From Gordius albopunctatus (Eukaryota): a stretch of 64,000 nucleotides of DNA. The DNA is taken from contig OZ193910.1 of the NCBI GenBank assembly GCA_964276515.1, forward strand, positions 7,998,001 to 8,062,000. Reading direction: 5' to 3'. The notes under the pieces are model-generated. The model was not told the origin of the DNA and made no database searches. It was given only the letters and a program-made list of their open reading frames with translations. Position numbers and translations under genes: made by a program. Shown one piece after another: positions 28,601 to 43,200 of the stretch. The stretch's first letter is position 1; every line of letters begins with the position of its first letter.

Positions 28601-31600
28601 AATCTTTAAAAGTTAGTAAATATTCTTAGCATTTTGTCCTTGTTTGAATATTGATAGAAATTTATGCGTGGGGGGATGTTTGAGATTGAGAGAAATTAAA
28701 ATTTTCGTGCTGCGTTTATATTGTTTCAATATCGCTTTATAAGCGTGTCTCTAGTTTTAGTGAAACAAGCTCGATGCGATCGTGATTTAGAGTTAATAAT
28801 TTTTGATGACTGATCAAAAAAATGTTTTTCAAGGAATTCACCTCTTATACCGAAAACTTTCATGAGAGCTATATGGTTGAACAAAAAAATTGAAAAAATT
28901 TTGAGGTCGAAAAAATTATTATTTTTCATATTCTTTCGAAAGGGAGATGAAAAAATCTTTAAAAGTTAGTAAATATTCTTAGCATATTGTCCTCGTTAGA
29001 ATCTTGATAGGAATTTATGCGTGGGGGGATGTTTTAGATTGAGAGAAATTAAAATTTTCGTGCTGCGTTTAGTTTGTTTCAATATCGCTTTATAAGCGTG
29101 TCTCTAGTTTTAGTGAAACAAGCTCTATGCGATCGTGATTTACAGTTAATAATTTTTGATGACTGATCAAAAAAATGTTTTTCAAGGAATTCACCTCTTA
29201 TACCGAAAACTTTCATGAGAGCTATATGGTTGAACAAAAAAATTGAAAAAATTTTGAGGTCGAAAAAAATATTATTTTTCAAATTCTTTCGAAAGGGAGA
29301 TGAAAAAATCTTTAAAAGTTAGTAAATATTCTTAGAATTTTGTCCTTGTTAGAATCTTGATAGGAATTTTTGCGTTGGCGATGTTTGAGATTGAGAGAAA
29401 TTAAAATTTTTGTGCTGCGTTTAGTTTGTTTCAATATCGCTTTATAAGCGTGTCTCTAGTTTTAGTGAAACAAGCTCTATGCGATCGTGATTTACAGTTA
29501 ATAATTTTTGATGACTGATCAAAAAAATGTTTTTCAAGGAATTCACCTCTTATACCGAAAACTTTCATGAGAGCTATATGGTTGAACAAAAAAATTGAAA
29601 AAATTTTGAGGTCGAAAAAATTATTATTTTTCATATTCTTTCGAAAGGGAGATGAAAAAATCTTTAAAAGTTAGTAAATATTCTTAGCATTTTGTCCTTG
29701 TTAGAATCTTGATAGGAATATATGCGTGGGGGGATGTTTGAGATTGAGAGAAATTAAAATTTTCGTGTTACGTTTATATTGTTTCAATATCGCTTTATAA
29801 GCGTGTCTCTAGTTTTAGTGAAACAAGCTCTATGCGATCGTGATTTAGAGTTAATAATTTTTGATGACTGATCAAAAAAATGTTTTTCAAGGAATTCACC
29901 TCTTATACCGAAAACTTTCATGAGAGCTATATGGTTGAACAAAAAAATTGAAAAAATTTTGAGGTCGAAAAAATTATTATTTTTCATATTCTTTCGAAAG
30001 GGAGATGAAAAAATCTTTAAAAGTTAGTAAATATTCTTAGCATTTTGTCCTTGTTAGAATCTTGATAGGAATTTATCCTTGGGGGGATGTTTGAGATTGA
30101 GAGAAATTAAAATTTTCGTGTTGCGTTTATATTGTTTCAATATCGCTTTATAAGCGTGTCTCTAGTTTTAGTGAAACAAGCTCTATGCGATCGTGATTTA
30201 GAGTTAATAATTTTTGATGACTGATCAAAAAAATGTTTTTCAAGGAATTCACCTCTTATACCGAAAACTTTCATGAGAGCTATATGGTTGAACAAAAAAA
30301 TTGAAAAAATTTTGAGGTCGAAAAAATTATTATTTTTCATATTCTTTCGAAAGGGAGATGAAAAAATCTTTAAAAGTTAGTAAATATTCTTAGCATATTG
30401 TCCTCGTTAGAATCTTGATAGGAATTTATGCGTGGGGGGATGTTTGAGATTGAGAGAAATTAAAATTTTCGTGCTGCGTTTATATTGTTTCAATATCGCT
30501 TTATAAGCGTGTCTCTAGTTTTAGTGAAACAAGCTCGATGCGATCGTGATTTAGAGTTAATAATTTTTGATGACTGATCAAAAAAATGTTTTTCAAGTAA
30601 TTCACCTGTTATACCGAAAACTTTCATGAGAGCTATATGGTTGAACAAAAAAATTGAAAAAATTTTGAGGTCGAAAAAAATATTATTTTTCAAATTCCTT
30701 CGAAAGGATGATGAAAAAATCTTTAAAAGTTAGTAAATATTCTTAGCATTTTGTCCTTGTTAGAATATTGATAGAAATTTATGCGTGGGGGGATGTTTTA
30801 GATTGAGAGAAATTAAAATTTAGGTGTTGCGTTTATATTGTTTCAATATCGCTTTATAAGCGTGTCTCTAGTTTTAGTGAAACAAGCTCTATGCGATCGT
30901 GATTTAGAGATAATAATTTTTGACGACTGATCAAAAAAATGTTTTTAAAGGAATTCACCTCTTATACCGAAAACTTTCATGAGAGCTATATGGTTGAACA
31001 AAAAAATAGAAAAAATTTTGAGGTCGAAAAAATTATTATTTTTCATATTCTTTCGAAAGGGAGATGAAAAAATCTTTAAAAGTTAGTAAATATTCTTAGC
31101 ATTTTGTCCTTGTTAGAATCTTGATAGGAATTTTTGCGTGGGGGGATGTTTTAGATTGAGAGAAATTAAAATTTAGGTGTTGCGTTTATATTGTTTCAAT
31201 ATCGCTTTATAAGCGAGCTCTATGCGATCGTGATTTAGTGTTAATAATTTTTGATGACTGATCAAAAAAATGTTTTTCAAGGAATTCACCTCTTATACCG
31301 AAAACTTTCATGAGAGCTATATGGTTGAACAAAAAAATTGAAAAAATTTTGAGGTCGAAAAAATTATTATTTTTCATATTCTTTTGAAAGGGAGATGAAA
31401 AAATCTTTAAAAATTAGTAAATATTCGTAGCATTTTGTCCTTGTTAGAATCTTGATAGGAATTTATGCGTGGAGGGATGTTTGAGATTGAGAGAAATTAA
31501 AAATTTCGTGTTGCGTTTAGATTGATTCAATATCGCTTTATAAGCGTGTCTCTAGTTTTAGTGAAACAAGCTCTATGCGATCGTGATTTAGAGTTAATAA

Positions 31601-34600
31601 TTTTTGATGACTGATCAAAAAAATGTTTTTCAAGGAATTCACCTCTTATACCGAAAACTTTCATGAGAGCTATATGGTTGAACAAAAAAATTGAAAAAAT
31701 TTTGAGGTCGAAAAAATTATTATTTTTCATATTCTTTCGAAAGGGAGATGAAAAAATCTTTAAAAGTTAGTAAATATTCTTAGCATATTGTCCTCGTTAG
31801 AATCTTGATAGGAATTTATGCGTGGGGGGATGTTTGAGATTGAGAGAAATTAAAATTTTCGTGCTGCGTTTATATTGTTTCAATATCGCTTTATAAGCGT
31901 GTCTCTAGTTTTAGTGAAACAAGCTCGATGCGATCGTGATTTAGAGTTAATAATTTTTGATGACTGATCAAAAAAATGTTTTTCAAGCAATTCACCTGTT
32001 ATACCGAAAACTTTCATGAGAGCTATATGGTTGAACAAAAAAATTGAAAAAATTTTGAGGTCGAAAAAAATATTATTTTTCAAATTCTTTCGAAAGGAGA
32101 TGAAAAAATCTTTAAAAGTTATTAAATATTCTTAGCATTTTGTCCTTGTTAGAATCTTGATAGGAATTTTTGCGTGGGGGGATGTTTGAGATTGAGAGAA
32201 ATTAAAATTTTCGTGTTGCGTTTAGATTGATTCAATTTCGCTTTATAAGCGTGTCTCTAGTTTTAGTGAAACAAGCTCTATGCGATCGTGATTTAGAGTT
32301 AATAATTTTTGATGACTGATCAAAAAAATGTTTTTCAAGGAATTCACCTCCTATACGGAAAACTTTCATGAGTGCTATATGGTTGAACAAAAAAAATTAA
32401 AACAATTTTGAGGTCGAAAAAAATATTATTTTTCATATTCTTTCGAAAGGGAGATGAAAAAATCTTTAAAAGTTATTAAATATTCTTAGCATTTTGTCCT
32501 TGTTAGAATCTTGATAGGAATTTTTGCGTGGGGGGATGTTTGAGATTGAGAGAAATTAAAATTTTCGTGTTGCGTTTAGATTGATTCAATATCGCTTTAT
32601 AAGCGTGTCTCTACTTTTAGTGAAACAAGCTCTATGCGATGGTGATTCAGTGTTAATAATTTTTGATGACTGATCAAAAAAATGTTTTTCAAGGAATTCA
32701 CCTCTTATACCGAAAACTTTCATGAGAACTATATGGTTGAACAAAAAAATTGAAAAAATTTTGAGGTCGAAAAAAATATTATTTTTCATATTGTTTCGAA
32801 AAGGAGATGAAAAAATCTTTAAAAGTTAGTAAATATTCTTAGCATTTTGTCCTTTCTTGATAGGAATTTTTGCGTGGGGGCTATTTGAGATTGAGAGAAA
32901 TTAAAATTTCCGTGTGGCGTTTAGATTGATTCAATATCGTTTTATAAGCGTGTCTCTAGTTTTAGTGAAACAAGCTCTATGCGATCGTGATTTAGAGTTA
33001 ATAATTTTTGATGACTGATCAAAAAAATGTTTTTCAAGGAATTCATCTCTTATACGGAAAACTTTCATGAGAGCTATATGGTTGAACAAAAAAATTGAAA
33101 AAATTTTGAGGTCGAAAAAAATATTTTTTTTTCATATTCTTTCGAAAGGGAGATGAAAAAATCTTTAAAAGTTAGTAAATATTCTTAGCATTTTGTCCTT
33201 GTTAGAATCTTGATAGGAATTTTTGCGTGGGGGGATGTTTGAGATTGAGAGAAATTAAAATTTTCGTGTTGCGTTTAGATTGATTCAATATCGCTTTATA
33301 AGCGTGTCTCTACTTTTAGTGAAACAAGCTCTATGCGATGGTGATTCAGTGTTAATAATTTTTGATGACTGATCAAAAAAATGTTTTTCAAGGAATTCAC
33401 CTCTTATACCGAAAACTTTCATGAGAACTATATGGTTGAACAAAAAAATTGAAAAAATTTTGAGGTCGAAAAAAATATTATTTTTCATATTGTTTCGAAA
33501 AGGAGATGAAAAAATCTTTAAAAGTTAGTAAATATTCTTAGCATTTTGTCCTTTCTTGATAGGAATTTTTGCGTGGGGGCTATTTGAGATTGAGAGAAAT
33601 TAAAATTTCCGTGTGGCGTTTAGATTGATTCAATATCGTTTTATAAGCGTGTCTCTAGTTTTAGTGAAACAAGCTCTATGCGATCGTGATTTAGAGTTAA
33701 TAATTTTTGATGAATGATCAAAAAAATGTTTTTCAAGGAATTCATCTCTTATACGGAAAACTTTCATGAGAGCTATATGGTTGAACAAAAAAAATTAAAA
33801 CAATTTCGAGGTCGAAAAAAATATTATTTTTCATATTCTTTCGAAAGGGAGATGAAAAAATCTTTAAAAGTTAGTAAATATTCTTAGCATTTTGTCCTTG
33901 TTAGAATCTTGATAGGAATTTATGCGTGGGGGGATGTTTTAGATTGAGAGAAATTAAAATTTATGTGTTGCGTTTATATTGTTTCAGTATCGCTTTATAA
34001 GCGTGTCTCTAGTTTTAGTGAAACAAGCTCTATGCGATCGTGATTTAGGGTTAATAATTTTTGATGACTGATCAAAAAAATGTTTTTCAAGGAATTCACC
34101 TCTTATACCGAAAACTTTCATGAGAGCTATATGGTTGAACAAAAAAATTGAAAAAATTTTGAGGTCGAAAAAATTATTATTTTTCATATTCTTTCGAAAG
34201 GGAGATGAAAAAATCTTTAAAAGTTAGTAAATATTCTTAGCATTTTGTCCTTGTTAGAATCTTGATAGGAATTTATCCTTGGGGGGATGTTTGAGATTGA
34301 GAGAAATTAAAATTTTCGTGTTGCGTTTATATTGTTTCAATATCGCTTTATAAGCGTGTCTCTAGTTTTAGTGAAACAAGCTCTATGCGATCGTGATTTA
34401 GAGTTAATAATTTTTGATGACTGATCAAAAAAATGTTTTTAAAGGAATTCACCTCTTATACCGAAAACTTTCATGAGAGCTATATGGTTGAACAAAAAAA
34501 TTGAAAAAATTTTGAGGTCGAAAAAATTATTATTTTTCATATTCTTTCGAAAGGGAGATGAAAAAATCTTTAAAAGTTAGTAAATATTCTTAGCATATTG

Positions 34601-37600
34601 TCCTCGTTAGAATCTTGATAGGAATTTATGCGTGGGGGGATGTTTGAGATTGAGAGAAATTAAAATTTTCGTGCTGTGTTTATATTGTTTCAATATCGCT
34701 TTATAAGCGTGTCTCTAGTTTTAGTGAAACAAGCTCTATGCGATCGTGATTTAGAGATAATAATTTTTGACGACTGATCAAAAAAATGTTTTTAAAGGAA
34801 TTCACCTCTTATACCGAAAACTTTCATGAGAGCTATATGGTTGAACAAAAAAATAGAAAAAATTTTGAGGTCCAAAAAAATTATTATTTTTCATATTCTT
34901 TCGAAAGGGAGATGAAAAAATCTTTAAATGTTAGTAAATATTCTTAGCATTTTGTCCTTGTTAGAATCTTGAAAGGAATTTATGCGTGGGGGGATGTTTT
35001 AGATTGAGAGAAATTAAAATTTAGGTGTTGCGTTTATATTGTTTCAATATCGCTTTATAATCGAGCTCTATGCGATCGTGATTTAGAGTTAATAATTTTT
35101 GATGACTGATCAAAAAAATGTTTTTCAAGGAATTCATCTCTTATACGGAAAACTTTCATGAGAGCTATATGGTTGAACAAAAAAAATTAAAACAATTTCG
35201 AGGTCGAAAAAAATATTATTTTTCATATTCTTTCGAAAGGGAGATGAAAAAATCTTTAAAAGTTAGTAAATATTCTTAGCATTTTGTCCTTGTTTGAATA
35301 TTGATAGAAATTTATGCGTGGGGGGATGTTTGAGATTGAGAGAAATTAAAATTTTCGTGTTGCGTTTAGATTGATTCAATATCGTTTTATAAGCGTGTCT
35401 CTAGTTTTAGTGAAACAAGCTCTATGCGATCGTGATTTAGAGTTAATAATTTTTGATGACTGATCAAAAAAATGTTTTTCAAGGAATTCATCTCTTATAC
35501 GGAAAACTTTCATGAGAGCTATATGGTTGAACAAAAAAATTGAAAAAATTTTGAGGTCGAAAAAAATATTTTTTTTCATATTCTTTCGAAAGGGAGATGA
35601 AAAAATCTTTAAAAGTTATTAAATATTCTTAGCATTTTGTCCTTGTTAGAATCTTGATAGGAATTTTTGCGTGGGTGGATGTTTTAGATTGAGAGAAATT
35701 AAAATTTAGGTGTTGCGTTTATATTGTTTCAATATCGCTTTATAAGCGTGTCTCTAGTTTTAGTGAAACAAGCTCTATGCGATCGTGATTTAGAGTTAAT
35801 AATTTTTGATGAATGATCAAAAAAATGTTTTTCAAGGAATTCATCTCTTATACGGAAAACTTTCATGAGAGCTATATGGTTGAACAAAAAAAATTAAAAC
35901 AATTTCGAGGTCGAAAAAAATATTATTTTTCATATTCTTTCGAAAGGGAGATGAAAAAATCTTTAAAAGTTAGTAAATATTCTTAGCATTTTGTCCTTGT
36001 TAGAATCTTGATAGGAATTTATGCGTGGGTGGATGTTTTAGATTGAGAGAAATTAAAATTTATGTGTTGCGTTTATATTGTTTCAATATCGCTTTATAAG
36101 CGTGTCTCTAGTTTTAGTGAAACAAGCTCTATGCGATCGTGATTTAGGGTTAATAATTTTTGATGACTGATCAAAAAAATGTTTTTCAAGGAATTCACCT
36201 CTTATACCGAAAACTTTCATGAGAGCTATATGGTTGAACAAAAAAATTGAAAAAATTTTGAGGTCGAAAAAATTATTATTTTTCATATTCTTTCGAAAGG
36301 GAGATGAAAAAATCTTTAAAAGTTAGTAAATATTCTTAGCATTTTGTCCTTGTTAGAATCTTGATAGGAATTTATCCTTGGGGGGATGTTTGAGATTGAG
36401 AGAAATTAAAATTTTCGTGTTGCGTTTATATTGTTTCAATATCGCTTTATAAGCGTGTCTCTAGTTTTAGTGAAACAAGCTCTATGCGATCGTGATTTAG
36501 AGTTAATAATTTTTGATGACTGATCAAAAAAATGTTTTTAAAGGAATTCACCTCTTATACCGAAAACTTTCATGAGAGCTATATGGTTGAACAAAAAAAT
36601 TGAAAAAATTTTGAGGTCGAAAAAATTATTATTTTTCATATTCTTTCGAAAGGGAGATGAAAAAATCTTTAAAAGTTAGTAAATATTCTTAGCATATTGT
36701 CCTCGTTAGAATCTTGATAGGAATTTATGCGTGGGGGGATGTTTGAGATTGAGAGAAATTAAAATTTTCGTGCTGTGTTTATATTGTTTCAATATCGCTT
36801 TATAAGCGTGTCTCTAGTTTTAGTGAAACAAGCTCGATGCGATCGTGATTTAGAGTTAATAATTTTTGATGACTGATCAAAAAAATGTTTTTCAAGCAAT
36901 TCACCTGTTATACCGAAAACTTTCATGAGAACTATATGGTTGAACAAAAAAATTGAAAAAATTTTGAGGTCGAAAAAAATATTATTTTTCAAATTCTTTC
37001 GAAAGGATGATGAAATAATCTTTAAAAGTTAGTAAATATTCTTAGCATTTTGTCCTTGTTAGAATCTTGACAGAAATTTATGCGTGGGGGGATGTTTTAG
37101 ATTGAGAGAAATTAAAATTTAGGTGTTGCGTTTATATTGTTTCAATATCGCTTTATAAGCGTGTCTCTAGTTTTAGTGAAACAAGCTCTATGCGATCGTG
37201 ATTTAGAGATAATAATTTTTGACGACTGATCAAAAAAATGTTTTTAAAGGAATTCACCTCTTATACCGAAAACTTTCATGAGAGCTATATGGTTGAACAA
37301 AAAAATAGAAAAAATTTTGAGGTCCAAAAAAATTATTATTTTTCATATTCTTTCGAAAGGGAGATGAAAAAATCTTTAAATGTTAGTAAATATTCTTAGC
37401 ATTTTGTCCTTGTTAGAATCTTGAAAGGAATTTATGCGTGGGGGGATGTTTTAGATTGAGAGAAATTAAAATTTAGGTGTTGCGTTTATATTGTTTCAAT
37501 ATCACTTTATAATCGAGCTCTATGCGATCGTGATTTAGAGTTAATAATTTTTGATGACTGATCAAAAAAATGTTTTTCAAGGAATTCATCTCTTATACCG

Positions 37601-40200
37601 AAAACTTTCATGAGAGCTATATGGTTGAACAAAAAAATTGAAAAAATTTTGAGGTCGAAAAAATAATATTTTTCATATTTTTTCGAAAGGGAGATGAAAA
37701 AATCTTTAAAAGTTAGTAAATATTCTTAGCATTTTGTCCTTGTTTGAATATTGATAGAAATTTATGCGTGGGGGGATGTTTGAGATTGAGAGAAATTAAA
37801 ATTTTCGTGCTGCGTTTATATTGTTTCAATATCGCTTTATAAGCGTGTCTCTAGTTTTAGTGAAACAAGCTCGATGCGATCGTGATTTAGAGTTAATAAT
37901 TTTTGATGACTGATCAAAAAAATGTTTTTCAAGGAATTCACCTCTTATACCGAAAACTTTCATGAGAGCTATATGGTTGAACAAAAAAATTGAAAAAATT
38001 TTGAGGTCGAAAAAATTATTATTTTTCATATTCTTTCGAAAGGGAGATGAAAAAATCTTTAAAAGTTAGTAAATATTCTTAGCATATTGTCCTCGTTAGA
38101 ATCTTGATAGGAATTTATGCGTGGGGGGATGTTTGAGATTGAGAGAAATTAAAATTTTCGTGCTGCGTTTATATTGTTTCAATATCGCTTTATAAGCGTG
38201 TCTCTAGTTTTAGTGAAACAAGCTCGATGCGATCGTGATTTAGAGTTAATAATTTTTGATGACTGATCAAAAAAATGTTTTTCAAGCAATTCACCTCTTA
38301 TACCGAAAACTTTCATGAGAGCTATATGGTTGAACAAAAAAATTGAAAAAATTTTGAGGTCGAAAAAAATATTATTTTTCAAATTCCTTCGAAAGGATGA
38401 TGAAAAAATCTTTAAAAGTTAGTAAATATTCTTAGCATTTTGTCCTTGTTAGAATATTGATAGAAATTTATGCGTGGGGGGATGTTTTAGATTGAGAGAA
38501 ATTAAAATTTAGGTGTTGCGTTTATATTGTTTCAATATCGCTTTATAAGCGTGTCTCTAGTTTTAGTGAAACAAGCTCTATGCGATCGTGATTTAGAGAT
38601 AATAATTTTTGACGACTGATCAAAAAAATGTTTTTAAAGGAATTCACCTCTTATACCGAAAACTTTCATGAGAGCTATATGGTTGAACAAAAAAATAGAA
38701 AAAATTTTGAGGTCGAAAAAATTATTATTTTTCATATTCTTTCGAAAGGGAGATGAAAAAATCTTTAAAAGTTAGTAAATATTCTTAGCATTTTGTCCTT
38801 GTTAGAATCTTGATAGGAATTTTTGCGTGGGGGGATGTTTTAGATTGAGAGAAATTAAAATTTAGGTGTTGCGTTTATATTGTTTCAATATCGCTTTATA
38901 AGCGAGCTCTATGCGATCGTGATTTAGTGTTAATAATTTTTGATGACTGATCAAAAAAATGTTTTTCAAGGAATTCACCTCTTATACCGAAAACTTTCAT
39001 GAGAGCTATATGGTTGAACAAAAAAATTGAAAAAATTTTGAGGTCGAAAAAATTATTATTTTTCATATTCTTTTGAAAGGGAGATGAAAAAATCTTTAAA
39101 AATTAGTAAATATTCGTAGCATTTTGTCCTTGTTAGAATCTTGATAGGAATTTATGCGTGGAGGGATGTTTGAGATTGAGAGAAATTAAAATTTTCGTGT
39201 TGCGTTTAGATTGATTCAATATCGCTTTATAAGCGTGTCTCTAGTTTTAGTGAAACAAGCTCTATGCGATCGTGATTTAGAGTTAATAATTTTTGATGAC
39301 TGATCAAAAAAATGTTTTTCAAGGAATTCACCTCTTATACCGAAAACTTTCATGAGAGCTATATGGTTGAACAAAAAAATTGAAAAAATTTTGAGGTCGA
39401 AAAAATTATTATTTTTCATATTCTTTCGAAAGGGAGATGAAAAAATCTTTAAAAGTTAGTAAATATTCTTAGCATATTGTCCTCGTTAGAATCTTGATAG
39501 GAATTTATGCGTGGGGGGATGTTTGAGATTGAGAGAAATTAAAATTTTCGTGCTGCGTTTATATTGTTTCAATATCGCTTTATAAGCGTGTCTCTAGTTT
39601 TAGTGAAACAAGCTCGATGCGATCGTGATTTAGAGTTAATAATTTTTGATGACTGATCAAAAAAATGTTTTTCAAGCAATTCACCTGTTATACCGAAAAC
39701 TTTCATGAGAGCTATATGGTTGAACAAAAAAATTGAAAAAATTTTGAGGTCGAAAAAAATATTATTTTTCAAATTCTTTCGAAAGGAGATGAAAAAATCT
39801 TTAAAAGTTATTAAATATTCTTAGCATTTTGTCCTTGTTAGAATCTTGATAGGAATTTTTGCGTGGGGGGATGTTTGAGATTGAGAGAAATTAAAATTTT
39901 CGTGTTGCGTTTAGATTGATTCAATTTCGCTTTATAAGCGTGTCTCTAGTTTTAGTGAAACAAGCTCTATGCGATCGTGATTTAGAGTTAATAATTTTTG
40001 ATGACTGATCAAAAAAATGTTTTTCAAGGAATTCACCTCCTATACGGAAAACTTTCATGAGTGCTATATGGTTGAACAAAAAAAATTAAAACAATTTTGA
40101 GGTCGAAAAAAATATTATTTTTCATATTCTTTCGAAAGGGAGATGAAAAAATCTTTAAAAGTTATTAAATATTCTTAGCATTTTGTCCTTGTTAGAATCT
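1700..40200. repeat. Higher-order-repeat domain with a ~4.5-kb (~13-monomer) core
   Basis: The same ordered run of diagnostic monomers starts near 3500, 12940, 20980 and 27290. The 22-bp and 8-bp deletion monomers are confined to this domain. Confidence 0.85.
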
Positions 40201-43200
40201 TGATAGGAATTTATGCGTGGAGGGATGTTTGAGATTGAGAGAAATTAAAATTTTCGTGTTGCGTTTAGATTGATTCAATATCGCTTTATAAGCGTGTCTC
40301 TAGTTTTAGTGAAACAAGCTCTATGCGATCGTGATTTAGAGTTAATAATTTTTGATGACTGATCAAAAAAATGTTTTTCAAGGAATTCACCTCTTATACC
40401 GAAAATTTTCATGAGAACTATATGGTTGAACAAAAAAATTGAAAAAATTTTGAGGTCGAAAAAATTATTATTTTTCATATTCTTTCGAAAGGGAGATGAA
40501 AAAATCTTTAAAGTTAGTAAATATTCTTAGCATTTTGTCCTTGTTAGAATCTTGATAGGAATATATGCGTGGGGGGATGTTTGAGATTGAGAGAAATTAA
40601 AATTTTCGTGTTACGTTTATATTGTTTCAATATCGCTTTATAAGCGTGTCTCTAGTTTTAGTGAAACAAGCTCTATGCGATCGTGATTTAGAGTTAATAA
40701 TTTTTGATGACTGATCAAAAAAATGTTTTTCAAAGAATTCACCTCTTATACCGAAAACTTTCATGAGAGCTATATGGTTGAACAAAAAAATAGAAAAAAT
40801 TTTGAGGTCGAAAAAATTATTATTTTTCATATTCTTTCGAAAGGGAGATGAAAAAATCTTTAAAAGTTAGTAAATATTCTTAGCATTTTGTCCTTGTTAG
40901 AATCTTGAAAGGAATTTATGCGTGGGGGGATGTTTTAGATTGAGAGAAATTAAAATTTAGGTGTTGCGTTTATATTGTTTCAATATCGCTTTATAAGCGT
41001 GTCTCTAGTTTTAGTGAAACAAGCTCTATGCGATCGTGATTTAGAGTTAATAATTTTTGATGAATGATCCAAAAAAATGTTTTTCAAGGAATTCACCTCT
41101 TATACCGAAAATTTTCATGAGAGCTATATGATTGAACAAAAAAATTGAAAAAATTTTGAGGTCGAAAAAAATATTATTTTTCATATTGTTTCGAAAGGGA
41201 GATGAAAAAATCTTTAAAAGTTAGTAAATATTCTTAGCATTTTGTCCTTGTTAGAATCTTGATAGGAATTTATGCGTGGGGGGATGTTTGAGATTGAGAG
41301 AAATTAAAATTTTCGTGTTGCGTTTAGATTGATTCAATATCGCTTTATAAGCGTGTCTCTAGTTTTAGTGAAACAAGCTCTATGCGATCGTGATTTAGAG
41401 TTAATAATTTTTGATGACTGATCAAAAAAATGTTTTTCAAGGAATTCACCTCTTATACCGAAAACTTTCATGAGAGCTATATGGTTGAACAAAAAAATAG
41501 AAAAAATTTTGAGGTCGAAAAAATTATTATTTTTCATATTCTTTTGAAAGGGAGATGAAAAAATCTTTAAAAGTTAGTAAATATTCTTAGCATTTTGTCC
41601 TTGTTAGAATCTTGATAGGAATTTTTGCGTGGGGGGATGTTTGAGATTGAGAGAAATTAAAATTTTCGTGTTGCGTTTAGATTGATTCAATATCGCTTTA
41701 TACGCGTGTCTCTAGTTTTAGTGAAACAAGCTCTATGCGATCGTGATTTAGAGTTAATAATTTTTGATGAATGATCCAAAAAAATGTTTTTCAAGGAATT
41801 CATCTCTTATACCGAAAACTTTCATGAGAACTATATGGTTGAACAAAAAAATTGAAAAAATTTTGAGGTCGAAAAAAATATTATTTTTCATATTCATTCG
41901 AAAAGGAGATGAAAAAATCTTTAAAAGTTAGTAAATATTCTTAGCATTTTGTCCTTGTTAGAATCTTGATAGGAATTTTTGCGTGGGGGGATGTTTGAGA
42001 TTGAGAGAAATTAAAATTTTCGTGTTGCGTTTAGATTGTTTCAATATCGCTTTATAAGCGTGTCTCTAGTTTTAGTGAAACAAACTCTATGCGATCGTGA
42101 TTCAGAGTTAATAATTTTTGATGACTGATCAAAAAAATGTTTTTCAAGGAATTCACCTCTTATACCGAAAACTTTCATGAGAGCTATATGGTTGAACAAA
42201 AAAATTTAAAAAATTTTGAGGTCGAAAAAAATATTATTTTTCATATTCTTTCGAAAGGGATATGAAAAAATCTTTAAAAGTTAGTAAATATTCTTAGCAT
42301 TTTGTGCTTGTTAGAATCTTGATAGGAATTTTTGCGTGGGGGGATGTTTTAGATTGAGAGAAATTAAAATTTAGGTGTTGCGTTTATATTGTTTCAATAT
42401 CGCTTTATAAGCGTGTCTCTAGTTTTAGTTAAACAAGCTCTTTGCGATCGTGATTTAGAGTTAATAATTTTTGATGACTGATCAAAAAAATGTTTTTCAA
42501 GGAATTCACCTCTTATACCGAAAATTTTCATGAGAGCTATATGATTGAACAAAAAAATTGAAAAAATTTTGAGGTCGAAAAAAATATTATTTTTCATATT
42601 GTTTCGAAAGGGAGATGAAAAAATCTTTAAAAGTTAGTAAATATTCTTAGCATTTTGTCCTTGTTAGAATCTTGATAGGAATTTTTGCGTGGGGGGATGT
42701 TTGAGATTGAGAGAAATTAAAATTTTCCTGTTGCGTTTAGATTGATTCAATATCGCTTTATAAGCGTGTCTCTAGTTTTAGTGAAACAAGCTCTATGCGA
42801 TCGTGATTTACAGTTAATAATTTTTGATGACTGATCAAAAAAATGTTTTTCAAGGAATTCACCTCTTATACCGAAAACTTTCATGAGAGCTATATGGTTG
42901 AACAAAAAAATTGAAAAAATTTTGAGGTCGAAAAAATTATTATTTTTCATATTCTTTCGAAAGGGAGATGAAAAAATCTTTAAAAGTTAGTAAATATTCT
43001 TAGCATTTTGTCCTTGTTAGAATCTTGATAGGAATATATGCGTGGGGGGATGTTTTAGATTGAGAGAAATTAAAATTTTCGTGTTGCGTTTATATTGTTT
43101 CAATATCGCTTTATAAGCGTGTCTCTAGTTTTAGTGAAACAAGCTCTATGCGATCGTGATTTAGAGATAATAATTTTTGACGACTGATCAAAAAAATGTT

